From Marsupella aquatica (taxonomy: Eukaryota; Plantae; Marchantiophyta), in NCBI GenBank assembly GCA_973895155.1, contig OZ316899.1, positions 14,905,874 to 14,969,873 on the forward strand: 64,000 nucleotides of DNA, given 5' to 3'. The translations under genes and the position numbers were made by a program. Position 1 is the stretch's first letter. Each line of letters begins with the position of its first letter. Positions 12,709 to 25,765 of the stretch are shown in pieces. The notes beneath the pieces were generated by a model, which did not search any database, was not told the origin of the DNA, and was given only the letters and a program-made list of their open reading frames with translations.

Positions 12709-13921
12709 AGTCGTAGATTTCAATTACCTTAACATTTAAATCTGGTGTCGTTTACTTCCACGCCGAGCTCCCCTATGATCCAGGTCTGGAACAACAATCC
12801 AAGAAGTATTTAACATGGGGAAACTTGTGGGCAATGAGGAGTGGCATTGGCAAAGGCAAGGCGTTAAGCTGATAACCCACTAAGGACTTAGACTAGCTAA
12901 GGACTGGTAGGGTCAAAGGGAAAGGGCCAGGCTCAAGGTCAACCGTCCAGATCTCCGAATGAATTTTGAGTTGGAGGGCTTGAGCGAGGGCTCCTCTTCG
13001 ACCCAAGGCAAATGGATTTTACTCCATGGGCAACGGACCCTTGGGGCACAAATTACAACTCGATCCAGGTTTGGCCAGTCGAGGGTCCTGAGCGACAATA
13101 GGACCTGAAGGCTTAGGCACTGGGTTGGCCCGATCACAACGGGCTAAGGCATTCCGTGTGCGGACGCCTAACTAGAAAGTTATGGGCATTGCCAGTTGAA
13201 ACGCGCCCACCCTCTTAATCTCATCTGGGTCTAGGGATGCCATGGGTTCTCAGGATTTGCGGAGGCCATCTCGCCCGCTTGCCAAATCTTGTCGAAACAA
13301 CAGCCAAGCCGTGTTTAGTCTCCCAAGGGAGCTTGCATTGGGGAGGCAAGGCCAAGTGAGCATGGAGGTTGAGTTCCATGGGCAATTGGCCCCTAGACCA
13401 TCAGGGGAGCAAGAACCGGGAGTTGGTTGCTAGAGTGGGGTCATTCCGGTCCCGATGTCTTGGGACAAGCTTTAGGACAAGCTACACTATTTGGGCCATG
13501 ACCGTCCGGGGGGCAGGGCGGTCAGTTGTTGATAGATAGGGACAAGGGGAAACCCGGGCTACGCCCAAGGAAGGAGCTGTTCTAGACGAACAGTGTGCAT
13601 CGGTTCTAGTTCCGGCTTATGGCATCAGGAGGACCTATCGCTGACCTACTTACCAATGTCTGTTGAGCTTGAGTTATGATGTTAGACTTGGGAGATCTAG
13701 ATTCTTATGGGTTACTTACCAAACTGCTTGGTTGCTTGTGCAAATAGTGAAGACCGTTGAGGGACTGTCGTGCTAGAGAGCAAGTGCAATTTTGTATGGG
13801 AGGGGTTGTAGGTGGTGTTGAGGGCACCAAGTCACTTGCTCAAGGAGTTCCATGGAGGCATTGGGCATCAAGGGCACATAGGCGTGGGTGCTGAGGGCGC
13901 TAGGTGGCAAGGTCCACCACT
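12709..13921 (+). mobile_element. Solo LTR of gypsy family A with non-canonical AGT...ACT termini
   Basis: TTAAC-AGTCGTAGA...GGTCCACCACT-TTAAC, a perfect 5-bp TSD. Homologous to 46335-47872, which is followed by a PBS, and to 37171-37857. Confidence 0.9.
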
Positions 13922-14765
13922 TTAACAAACCAAAAGTTACACACTCTTTCCCAGTGGACTCAAACTTTTAGGTTCCCTCCCAATGGACCTCTGGGCCCAT
14001 CTCCTAACAAGTATACCACACAGTTCTGGTTCACTGCGTATCTTGTGGACACCATGGTTGGTCATGTTTTGTAGGCCATCAATAATGTCAAAGTTCACAA
14101 GCGTCATAGCCCTTGGCCGCAATTGAGGGTCGTAGTGCCGCAACACCATGGCTTCCTAGTTTTGTTGAATACAATATGACTATTGTATTCAAAACTACAA
14201 TTAAACAAGTTTGCGGTAGCATTTGCGTGCCTTTGTGCCCCGACCTCAAAGTATTTCAAAATACATTCTCTCTTTAGTATTCAAGATACAAAGGGAAATA
14301 GTTTACAAATGCATTGGAGCTTGCAAGGGCCGTACCTCCCCCAACCTCCTTGCTTTTATGAAGACATGTCATCATGTTACAATATGTATACAATGACATC
14401 AATGTTTATGTGCGGAAGATTGGACTTTAGCTTGGACTCTCAAATCACATTTGGACTTAACGCATTTTATGAGAAAAAGAAATGTCCAAACAGTCTAATG
14501 GCACCTTCTTCAGCAGTTCTACCATCCAATATCCTAGGGGGCTTGAAAGAATAGGGTACTTTGACTTCACAAACATCACCTCTAGGTCCACAAATGCATT
14601 GAGTCATTGTCCTCCATGCTTGACACTTCCCTCTAAGCGTATTGTACACGTTAGGGGAGTGGAAACACTCATGACCCTACCATGCGAGCTCACGCGCAGA
14701 GCATGTGCATAAAAAACAGTTGTGTAGAATGAAAGGAACGTGCAAAAGTTCTGTAACATGTCAGT

Positions 14766-14886
14766 GATTTGGCAAGTCCTCTTAATACATTGTCTATAAT
14801 GTATTATGTTCAAGAAAGTTAAATATGCTTATATCTTGAACTGAATACATTATGGACAATGTATTAAGAGGAGGACTTGCCAAATC
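14766..14886. repeat. About 120-bp foldback inverted repeat
   Basis: GATTTGGCAAGTCCTCTTAATACATTGTCTATAATGTATT pairs with AATACATTATGGACAATGTATTAAGAG(gag)GACTTGCCAAATC; an inner GTTCAAGA/TCTTGAAC stem extends it. Confidence 0.8.
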
Positions 14887-16592
14887 CTAAGTTGTTTAAG
14901 TATATATAATCTGATACATGTTTTATACATTGATGTAATGTGTACACTGGTTTATATATGTTGTGGTCGCACTATGCCTTGTTCATCCAACATTGTGGTC
15001 CTTGTGTACAATGATGTCAATGTATACATGATCTAACTGTGAGGCTCTATGTTGTTGTGCAGCCTCACGGGGTATGCTTTGTTTGACATTACGGTTGATG
15101 TTTGTATTCATTGTGGTCAATGTATACATTGATTCACTATAAACTATGATTGTAGTCAACCGCATTCGGCGATGCGGTCAAACATTGAAGAACAGTAGAA
15201 CATGTTGTGTTTTATAGTGACAATCTCCCGTTATAAAATCTGCATAGTGCGTTAGAAGAGCATCTCACACAAAATGGAGGTCCATTAGGAGAGTGTGCAA
15301 CTTTTGGTCTGTTAAGTAAAAACTTTGCATTTGGAGGTCCATGAAGTATAGCTCTCCATTACCATGCTTGATTACAAACTGAAAGAATTATATTTTCAAT
15401 AAAAATAATGTAATTGTTCCTGTTTGTCCCTGCCCATCCCCGTGGACTGCATAAAGCCATTGTTGCTTTTGCACCAAAAGAAAAAAGTATTATCTTGGAG
15501 AGAAAGTAATCAAGACCTCATGGTGATCAGAGTAATGACATGTCAAATTCAATAATTGATTCAATAAGAGAAAAGTACTCGCAAGACTGAGAGGGGACGC
15601 GGAGGCGCTGACTTGTGCTCTCTCTCGAGAGAGCTTGGAATCCTCCACACTTGGATCAAGTGTGGTCTTTGCTTCCCAAGGGGGAAGATTTTGATACGCA
15701 TGAGACATCGCTTGCGAATGAACCCAATCTTGCTCACTCTCGACATTTCCACATTTGGGATGGCTCGGGAGATTTTTTGAAGATTTTAGGGTAGTTTTGT
15801 GTGCAGGAGAAGGGCGTCGAGCTTTGTATACACAGCCACGAGTGGTGTGGGATCGGAGGTGGTTACTCGCTGGTGAACTTTTACCTTTGTGATGGATGCT
15901 GGCAAAGGAGAGTTTTAACTGTTACACATTGGTGGTTTATCTGTGTGAGTCGGTGAGATTCGGTTCTGGGCTCGGATATAACCGAGAGTGGCGGAAAGTG
16001 AGGAGTGAATGGGCCAGGAGAGGAGATAGATGTGTAAGCGGACGGATGGTAGAGGGGATAGAGAGGACCAATCTCCCTGTTTTGGCTGAGCAGGCGGATT
16101 GAAGTGGCCAAAATGGTCTCTTCCGGAGGGACTGAGCCCGGAAATTCAAGGGAAGGTAATTGCATACGGAGGGTGAGGGGAGGCCTATGAGCTGAACGGG
16201 GATTGTAAGTGGCTCGGACACAGTGGGGCGTCCTTGACAATCAAGGCTTTGTCACGGACGGAGGGGAGACCTTTTGATGCCACCCACCGGCTTTGATTAT
16301 CTGGGCTGGAGCGGCGAGATGATTCTGGATGAATGAGTGGCAGCAAGAGGAGGGAGATTTGGGACGAGCTGTGAACTGTTTTAACGCTGCTACCTGCGAA
16401 AATAAGGGTGGGCGGGCATACACATTGGAGAAAAGGAGGACTGACCTTGGTGCGCTTTGGAGGTGGGGATGGCTGGAGAGCCTGCGGGATTTCGCGCAAT
16501 TGTCTGATCTTTAGGTGAGTATAAGAAGACCTTGACTCCTTTCTTCCTTATTGGTTGCTATGGTTGTAGAGTCAACGAAGGCCGATTGTATC

Positions 16593-18752
16593 ATGGAGGA
16601 ACAGGGGATCGACTATTATGGACCCTCGAGCCGCAGGAGCGCGCGGGGGGGACGTCTGGCTGGTGGACAGGTTGATCAGAGAACGTAGGGGGAGACGGAT
16701 GCTAGGATTGAGGCAAGGGGGGTGCCCGGTGAAGCTGTGGGGAGATCACCTGCGCAGGGTGTTATGGCCGGTGGAGCTGCATTGGGGTTCTTTGCACAAG
16801 ATGCGCGCTCTGGAAGGAACAACCTGAATTTGGATGCGACAAATGTAGCCCGATCTCAGATGTACTCTTTGGGTGGGAATGCGCGCCCGGCAATGGGACC
16901 TGGACCTGCGTTTCCGTCGGCAAGGGGAATGGAATTGCCTCGGACCATGCTGGAGAAGGAGGGAGCTGAGGTGAATGATGGCGACTCGTTGCCCTGGGGG
17001 CGTGACGCACCTGGAAGAAGGGCGAATGCTGTTAACCAGGAGGCAACGGTGGGGAGCGAGGTGCCACAAGAAAATGTGGAGATGCAGGACGCGTCAGTGG
17101 AGGTTGAAGAATCGGAAGAGTGTATCAGGACCCTGCAAGAGATTGCAATCAGGTCCAAAGGCGATCTTGACAAGCGGCTCTTTGCAGAAGTGGAATGGAA
17201 TCTACCAGAAGCAGCTCAAAATGTGAGGCAACTGTATAATTGCGCTCTTATTTGCTACTTCATGGGAAGAACGCCGCTCCTCACGGATTTTAGAGAATGG
17301 GTCGACGAAGTGATGACAAACCAGGAGGGATGGCCTGTACTTCAGGTTAAATTTGTAGGGAAGAACTTTTACATGATTGTTTTTGAGGATCCTAATCATA
17401 GAGATTTGGCACTCAACTACACACCCTGGTTTATGGAGAGACGATTTATATACACGTTTCCATGGGATCCATCCTTTGACGTTAAATGTGAGAACTTCAC
17501 TAAACTCCCTATTTGGATCGAGATCCCGTTTAGGGACCTGGTGCTAGAAGGCTGCAGAAGAAAGATCGCTTGCTCTTTAGGGACTCTGCTGTACTACATA
17601 CAGGGGAACAAATTCAGTTCTTATCCCCACGGTTGAGCTTGCATTCTTTGGGACACGGATAGGGAAGTCCCTGCCAGTGTCAAGATCCAAATTCGTGATG
17701 ACATTATAATATGGCAACCTGTGACGTTTAAAAATATCCCCTACCATTGCTTTCGATGCAACAAAAGAGGTCACCTGGCCCGGGAATGTAAAGAAATCTT
17801 AGAGACGGCTGGTGCTCTAAGGACGGGACCAGACCCGCCGGACGAGAAAGACGATGAGAGACACTCTGAGGCTGATCAGGAGGAGGTGCTGAGAGCCAAA
17901 GCTAATGCTGAAGCACGTGCTCTTTTTCGGGGAGCCACAATGTCTCCCGTGCGGGTGATACCCTTTTCAGTGGAGGAGGATATTGCTCAGGTGGAGTCGC
18001 TATTAGTTAATCCGGAACCTGGGGTGCTGGCGGTGCGGAGCTCTATTCCGCAACTGATGGTGAGCCCGGAATTGAGGGTGGAGGATTTTGCGTCGGGAGC
18101 CGGGGTGAGTAGGGGGGAGTTGCTCCGGTCTCCTGGGCTGGTTGGCTGCATTGGGGACTCACAAGATTTAGCGGTGGCTAGGATTCCACTGTTGGCTGAG
18201 GTTGTCCCATCACTTGGGAGACGGATCACTATGAGAAATTCAGCAGACAACGGAATAGATAGCCTTACTACTCCCAATTCGCGCGATGGAAATGATGAGA
18301 CCTTCTCTTTTCACGAGGAATCGGATGCTGAGATGTCTGAATATGAAGCTTATATTTCACACAGCAAATTCAAAGCGAGGGCCCGCAAGCAAGAACTTCG
18401 CACACCACCTTCTGAAAAGACTGAGAAGGCCAAAGGAGAGGCCAAGAAGCAAAGATCAATTAGATTCTCACGTGGTGCTTTGTCTGATGCAGGCAGTGCG
18501 GAGGGTATTGCGCTGGACAAGAGACTGCTATGCACCCTTCCTAGCAGGAGTGATAGTGATGCGCTGGTCCAGGGGATTGCTCCGTTAGGTGGTGGAGTGG
18601 TGAATCTGGCCTCCCCCATGCGTGTCTCTCCTGCAGGCTCTATAAATGGATATATGAGTGGACCTATGGGCCGGGATGTGATGGGGATGTCCCCTGGGGG
18701 ACGTCATAGATTAGGAGACGCAAGGAAGGGAGGTGGTTGTGCCAGGACTTAA
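16593..18752 (+). pseudogene. LINE ORF1 (DUF4283-like RRM plus CCHC zinc knuckle), with in-frame stops
   Basis: KFVGKNFYMIVFED, TFPWDPSFD, LPIWIEIP, YHCFRCNKRGHLAREC. Stops at about 16686 and 17634, same frame. Confidence 0.85.
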
Positions 18753-18776
18753 ATTTATCTTTGGCATAGCAGGAGG

Positions 18777-20042
18777 ATGGACGGAAGGCTCAGAGTAGCA
18801 TCTTGGAACGTTTGTGGAGTTTGCGAGCCCAACCGTAAGCATATTGTTAAGAATTGGGTAAGATCTCTGAAGGTACCTCTTGGGATTCTGGCCCTTCAAG
18901 AAGTTAAAACTGATCAATTTAGACTTGATATGGCTCTGCGGGCTATTCTCCCTTCATATCAGCACTTTTCTTCTGAGCCAGACGGAGGAAGGGGAGGAAC
19001 GGCTCTTCTAGTACACCCAGAACTGAGGGTGGTGGGCTCGGGAACACTGGATATGGGGAGGGCAGTATGGGCGGTGGTCGAGAAGGGAACGGTGACATTT
19101 GGAATTGCATGTATATATGCTCCCAATTCAGCGAGACTAAGGGCGCTGCTAAGGAATGATCTTAAGGTGATGTTGCCACACAACGACTGGGTGTTGTGTG
19201 GCGACTTCAATATGACAAAACGCAGAACGGACTCAACAAGTACATCGTCGCTGATCCGAGGTAGAGAGGCTGAGTTTTGGATATTTTTGAAGATGAGATT
19301 CAATTTGACAGACGCGTGGGACATTAGGGGAGGTGCTACAGGCCCACGCTTCACATGGAGGAGGAATAGGATTGGAGCGATGTCACAATCGTGACTTGAC
19401 AGGATTTACGTTAGTGAAAGGGGAGAATGGCTTTGAGAGGTGGAACTCTTACATGACGGGGGCTCGGCCCTCTCGGATCATGATCCAGTAATACTGAATG
19501 TGCGGCTCTCTGGACTGACAGAGACGGTGGAGAGAGGCAAAGTGAGATTGTTCATGGCCAACCCGGCGTTTCTAAGAAGAAGGGAGGACATTCTGCGGTT
19601 GGAAGCTGCTTGGAGGGTGGGACGGGGAGATTTTGTGGACCCGTGGCTGCGCTTTGCTAAGGGCAGCTGGAAAATGCGTCAAACACTAAAGGAGATACAA
19701 CCCAACCAAGGATGACTGAGATGGAGATGGCTGCGCAGCGAGCTCAGCTGCGTGTACTTAAGATGGCCATTATAGAGCACCATTCAGAGGGTGACATTGC
19801 AGAATTCATGGACGTGGAGGACACTCTACATGCCTCTGAGCTAGAGGAAGCGCACAGAGGAAGACGGCTAGCCAGAATTAAGTGGCTAAGTGAAGGAGAC
19901 GAATCAACGAAGTTTTTCTTTGCCACAGTGAAGGCTAAACGATCTCGTGAGTCTATGCCTTCATTGAGTAGGGAGGACGGGAGTACAGTATCTGACCCTG
20001 GGGGAATCCTGAAGGAGGTGGAAAGGTTCTGCCAAGCACTAT
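18777..20042 (+). pseudogene. LINE ORF2, 5' part: APE endonuclease
   Basis: VASWNVCG, ALQEVK, IYAPN, CGDFN, SDHDPV, WLSEGDESTKFFF; contains stops and a frameshift. Confidence 0.9.
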
Positions 20043-22481
20043 TGTGACGCCAATGACATGCTCCTTATTCTATAATCTGAGTAAGTAGGTTGCTGTATGC
20101 AAGGAGTAGCTATTGATATTGCATAACAATTAGCAAGATGGCAAGAATAAGGGCAATCATGGCGTTGAGTAGGGAAATAAAAGCTATGTCGCGGGTGGTT
20201 GCCGACCATATCTCTTTCAATATGTCACCAAATCCGGATCTATAAAGAGCATTGGAAATATCTGGTCAAGGCGAGTAAAATCGATATAAAACACTCTCAA
20301 AACGGAGGTGTATTAGGAAAGATATGATCTTATTAGTGTGACGGGTTAGTGTGTAACCCTGGATAGCGGATACGGATAGAGGTTAGCGGACACGGATAGC
20401 GGATACGGATAGAGGTTAGCGGACACGGATAGCGGATACGGATAGAGGTTAGCGGACACAAATAGCGGATATGGATAGAGGTTAGCGGATACAGATACCA
20501 GATAGTGGCTAATGGCTAGCGGATTTAGATTGGGGTTAGACTAAACCCGGGACAACGGATAGCGGACAACGGACACGGACAACGGATACGGACAACTGAC
20601 ACGGACAACGGACACGGATAGCGGACACGGACACGGATAGTGGCTTAGCCCGAGGCCACGGGTTAACTCTTCTAAGGTTAGATAGGATAGCTAGGCTAGC
20701 CAAACTCGGGTTAGCTATGTAACTCGGGTTAGCGTAGCAATGAGTACCCCCTCTCGGTTGCGGGGGCATAACTTTCTGTGTATTTTTCCAAATCGGCTAT
20801 AATTGACCTCGTTGGAAAGAGGAGCTCAAGCCGCTTCCAATGCTGCTATCCACGCAGCAAATGGTTGAATAGAGAAATTGGGAGAGGAGGCGCAAGCTCG
20901 CAAAAACCATGGAGGAGGGCCAAATCCGAAGTACATAGCCAATTCGAGATAGAAATAAAGTTACGAGTTAGGGTTCAGTAGCTGGAGATTGTGGCGGCTG
21001 TGTTAGGGCTGGGATGGGGCTCCAGGAGCGTAGTATCCACCCATTTGGGCTCAGTATGAGAGTATATAGAGCATCCCCCCGGTAGAGGCAAGGAGGGGGG
21101 GGACTTCAGTTGTGTGATCTCACTTAGACTGAGCAGCAGGGAGGAGCTCTGTGCAATCAAGGCTGGACTTGGACGCTGTGTGTTGGGGAGAGCTTGGTTG
21201 TGCTATTACTCAGGGAGTAATCAGCCAAGCTTCACAGCTGCAACGGGTTGTTAGGTTTGCGAGCTGGATTGTGGCTCTTTCTAGTGGGCAGCACAACTGG
21301 GTTCTTTTCCCCCGATACAGAGCCTTGGTGATAGGTGATGTATTGGTGATTGTAAACTGTGGGGAGGATGTCAATTTGATTTGTGGTGAGCACATTAGGG
21401 AGGCTGAGATACTGATTGAGGGGCAGCAGAAGGAGCATTTACAGTTTGGTCTGGCAAGGCTACGTGATCCATGGGGAGTCCCGGCCTTTGTCTGGTGGAG
21501 AGCACTAAGGGATTTATGGCCAGGGCTGAGCTTGCAAGGCAATCATGAGGCCGGGCCTCATTGCAGTCTGGGGTAGATCGCCGTTAGGCCTGGTACCAGC
21601 TTTGAAGTCGAGTCAACTATGCATGCGTAACTGGACGTTCTGAATTGGAGGTGTGAGATCTGTATGTGCCCCCAAGATTGAAGTGCAGTGAAGGAGGTTG
21701 GGTTCAGGATTGAGTTTGCAAGGCAAGTACGGGATTGGTTTGAGTCCAATCTGCCGTCGCAATCTGGAGTGAGTCGGGCTCAGGTTCAGGATTGAGTTTG
21801 CATGGCAAGCATGGGGCTTGCGGGGCAAGCACATCACAATCTGGAGGAGACAGCCTTCGGCCCTAGTGTTCGGATAAAGTGTTCTCAGTGAACTATTGTG
21901 CACATCTTTGAATCTAATTGAGTTTTCCTCTCAGGCCTCATTTCTCTCATGGATGTGTGTGTGTGAGGCAATCTGAGTGTATGATGGGACTAGCAGCGCC
22001 ACTGAGAGGTGTACAGGGTGCATTGAAGCGGGCTGGGTGAGGACTATCATAGCTCTGATTGCTGAGAGTGGAATGGCAGAGTGGTGGGGCAATGGCTTAG
22101 AAGTCCCTAAGCCGGGAATCAGTCAGGAGCCACTGGTTTATGGGTACATTCCGGCGGCGGAATAGAAACATACCTATGACAGTAAGCATATGTATAGACC
22201 TATGCGCACCGTAGTGCTAGGCCCTGTGTGTATGGGCCCGATATGAAGACCCCTTCTCACCAGAACTATCATGAGCGCAGATCTGATCCCCAACCTTGGT
22301 TCCTTGGGATTGAGCTTGGGTGATGTGTGATAGAGTCTTGCTATGATAGTCTGGTGTTAAGGGCATAAATTGGTGTTTACCGGCCTTCACAACATCCCTT
22401 CGTGATCCTCAGGTACAAGGAGATGGTTTTGGCACCCATAGTGACGTTTTTGGTGTTAAGACCCATGTCAATCGCGTGACA
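20043..22481. mobile_element. 2.44-kb solo LTR-like unit inserted in LINE ORF2
   Basis: Termini TGTGACGCC...CGCGTGACA; TSD ACTAT/ATTAT (1 mismatch). Removing it restores the ORF2 frame (QALYLPELQSE). Confidence 0.85.
20361..20640. repeat. Minisatellite: four 33-bp units plus a second block of 6-7-bp CGGAYA units
   Basis: GGATAGCGGATACGGATAGAGGTTAGCGGACAC at 20361, 20394, 20427 and 20460 (last one degenerate); GGACAAC/GGACAC/GGATAGC array at 20549-20640. Confidence 0.92.
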
Positions 22482-22486
22482 ATTAT

Positions 22487-25140
22487 ACTTGCCTGAGCTG
22501 CAATCGGAGGCGGAGTTGGCAGAGGTACGTGTGGCCAGAGACAAACTGCTTGGCAACACGCGGTTTGCGCTCTCGGGAGCGGTGATTCTGAGGATGGAGA
22601 GTCTCCCGTCATACCAAGAGGTGAAGGAGGTGCTGTGGCTCCTGCCTTGCGACAAAACTCCAGGACCTGATGGCATGACGACTGAGGTCTATAGAGCATG
22701 CTGGGAGTTTCTCGGGCAAGATCTGGTGGATATGATACAGGAGTTCTGGCTTACAGGTGCTCTGGACGCTGGCATTTGTGAAGAGATTGTGAAGTTCATA
22801 CCCAAGAAACCTGACAAAAGATTCTTAAGGGACTGGCGCCCCTTGACAATGTTAAATACGATTTACAAGCTCATTGCCAAGATCCTCCCTATTTGGCTCA
22901 AACCGATTCTACACATGATTATCAGCCCACAACAGACTGGATTTATACCTGGAAGACACATCCTTGAAAATATTTCCCTAGCCTGGCTTACCTGCGACTG
23001 GGTCCATAACAAAAAGAGAGAGACATTGTTCCTTACACTGGATTTTGAGAAGGCTTTTGACCGTGTTTCACATGACTACTTATGGGAATGCATGCACCTC
23101 CTGGGTATCAACGGACGCTTCACTATGCTGGTCAGGGCACTGCTGGCACAGGCGTCTTCCAGAGCCTTGGTGAACGGATTACTATCTAACACATTTGAGC
23201 TTAAACGAGGAGTAAGACAAGGCTGCCCACTGTCACCATTGTTGTTTGTCATCTCCACGCAACCTCTTATGGACTTTCTTGAAACTGAGATGGCGGAGGG
23301 CAGACTTAGAGGCTTATAGATCACCCCGGGATTCACTATCTGCTATAGACTGTTTGCGGATGATGTTGGAATGTTTGTCCCAGCCACAGAGTGCGCCTTT
23401 GAGGAAGCAACCACTGCTCTCAAATGCTATGAGAAGGCGAGTGGGGCCTGACTGAATCTGAAGAAATCCGTGGTGATTCCATTGTCAATGGAACGGATCC
23501 TTGAGTGGCTGAATAACACGGGCTGCCTTATCAGTCAAAGCGGTGAGATGCAGAAATACCTGGGGGCACCATTGGGTGAGAACTTGAGCACGGAACAACT
23601 GCACAAATTCTGCCTTGATAAGAGTTGTGCCAGGCTTTCAGTTTGGTCCAACAAACTCCTTTCCTTTACTGGCCGTTCACTACTGGTCAAACAGGTACTA
23701 CTTGCTATTCCGATCTACCGTGTCATGTATTGCAAGGTGTCCGTTGGCCTGGCGAAGAAGATAATTGCTTTGAGCAGAGAATTTTTATGGGGATACAATG
23801 CCACAAGTGGACGGAAGGTCCCCCTGGTGGCCTGGGATCGGATGGCTTTGCCACGTGTGGAGGGGGGGCTGGGATTCCGGGACTTCCGCTGTCACTCTGA
23901 TGCATTGCTCTCTCAGTGGTTTACTAAGGCACTTAACACGCCTGAGACGGAATGGTCTAGGATGCTGGCAGCCAACCTGACCTTGATGGGTTGGATGAAC
24001 TACAAGATTATTAGGCGCAATGGATACTCCTTTCAGGACCGGCTTCTGTTGTGCATGCCTCGTTCATTTAGTGGGCTGCCATACACGACTGGTCTCTGGA
24101 GAAGCTGGGAGCTAGTGAGAGCCCACTTATCCTTTGATCCTAGCCTGACGTGGCTGCCTTCCCGGTGGAGCATCATGGATACCCTCAGATGTATGGTTGG
24201 CTTTAATTCTCTTCCGAATAAGGCAATCATAGAGATTGCTGCAATTTGTGGCAGGTTGGGATTGAGGTCTATTGGTGATGGATGGTCGATGGAGGATGGA
24301 TGTTGGAAGGACCTCCCGTTACGTTGGCACAACATGCATGGCTTCTCTGAGGAGCATCGAACAATGGCACGCTCGTTCTTGGATTGCCTTTGGCGTGCTA
24401 ATAACTACCGATCTGAGTACTACTTGTATGCCAAGCAATGGAGATGGACAGATCAATCTGAGCCACTGAAGGACTTCAGAATCAAGAATTGTAGAGTGTA
24501 TGACTTCTTAAGGCCTAAGAGTTCTTCCCATGACTGCCTCAATAGGATCTGGTCGTTGTCCTGGCCTGAGATGCGCTGGAATGTGTGCTGGGCCAAGCTT
24601 TGGGGGTCTGATCTTCCAATTAGAGGCAAGACCTTTTTTTGGAGGATCATTGTAGGGGGCCTGTTCACTGGGGCTCGTGCGCTCAGAATGGAGGTTAGTA
24701 ATGGTGATTGCAAGCTTTGTAATGGCTGGCTTGAAACGATCCCCCACCTGTTTTTCCATTGTACACATGCTGTCCGCTGCTGGTGCCTCTGTCAGGCTGC
24801 GTTGAGGAGTCTGGGTTTGCCAATTGGACAAGGATTGATGGCTCTTTTAGAGGCGGCCTGCGGGAAGGAGCATGTTCAAGTGGCTCGGATCTTTGTCTTG
24901 CATCAAATTCTGTGGCGACTCTGGTTGGGAAGGAACACCCACATGTTTCAGCCAGGGGGGAGACGTGTGTTTGACTTAGGGCTGGTTCTGAATGAGGCAG
25001 CGGAGAATGCGTTTGCTGTTAGTTGGCGCTGCCCCCCGGGCAGGAAGTGCACCCGCCTGATTCGGGCCAAGGCATGGATTGATGACCTGCGTAGGGAATG
25101 GCTGGGCAGTGGCAGCACTGCTGTCAACTCTTTTGCTTGA
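22487..25140 (+). pseudogene. LINE ORF2, 3' part: reverse transcriptase plus C-terminal zinc-binding (zf-RVT) domain
   Basis: KTPGPDG, WRPLTMLNTIYK, LDFEKAFDRV, RGVRQGCPLSPLLF, LFADD, KYLGAP, CKLC...ETIPHLFFHC. Stops at 23319 and about 23450. Confidence 0.92.
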
Positions 25141-25765
25141 GCATGGTGACCGCGGCTCCGGGCTGATCTGAATGAACGAGGCCCTCTTATGATGCGCTTT
25201 GGCTTGTGTTGGAGACTGGTGTTCCCTTTCCCGCTGTTTTGTGGGCGGGGGGTTGCGTTTTTTGCGCTGGTTGCGTGTGCCTGTGCGCGGTGTTTTCGGT
25301 TTTGTTTTGGTCGCTTGGTCTGGCCTTTTGGTCTGTCTGTTTGCCCTCCCCGTGGGGCTTTTTGCGGGGGAACCAATAATTATAAAAATGGTCCCATTCC
25401 AAGGAATAATTGATTCAATAATGTAATTGACATCGGCTGCAAACATTGCAAGTACATTTCAATCAAAAATGTAAACAATATTATCTGAGTCAATTTAAAT
25501 GTTCTAGGAAAATCCATCCAAGCTTTGCCGGTCTATCGGGCCTTCATAGACAAAGTGGAAGTCCATCTAGCCTTAGTTTTGCAAAACACAAAAAAATCAT
25601 TTCTTCCAAAAAAAATTAAGGCCCACGTTATCAAAGCAAGAAAAAGTAAAAAAGAGTTTCTCCCAAAATTCTGAAAGGTCACTTTGAGTGGTCTTCACAT
25701 TATGTTTAGTTACAAACAGCCACATTGATATTTTTAATTAAAAATAACACAGTTGTTCATGTTTC

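Larger units (their letters stand above)
15568..25404 (+). mobile_element. Full-length, decayed L1-clade LINE, interrupted by a solo LTR-like unit at 20043-22481
   Basis: 17-bp TSD AATAATTGATTCAATAA at 15551-15567 and 25405-25421; about 1 kb 5' UTR, ORF1 and ORF2; short A-rich tail at about 25376-25388. Confidence 0.92.

Noticed and set aside
20361-20640. CRISPR-like array
   Set aside because: The units are contiguous with no unique spacers, the context is a eukaryotic TE, and there are no cas genes.
21151-21576. 141-aa ORF in the 20043 unit as another LTR-borne gene
   Set aside because: No motifs or composition shared with the accessory family; likely spurious.
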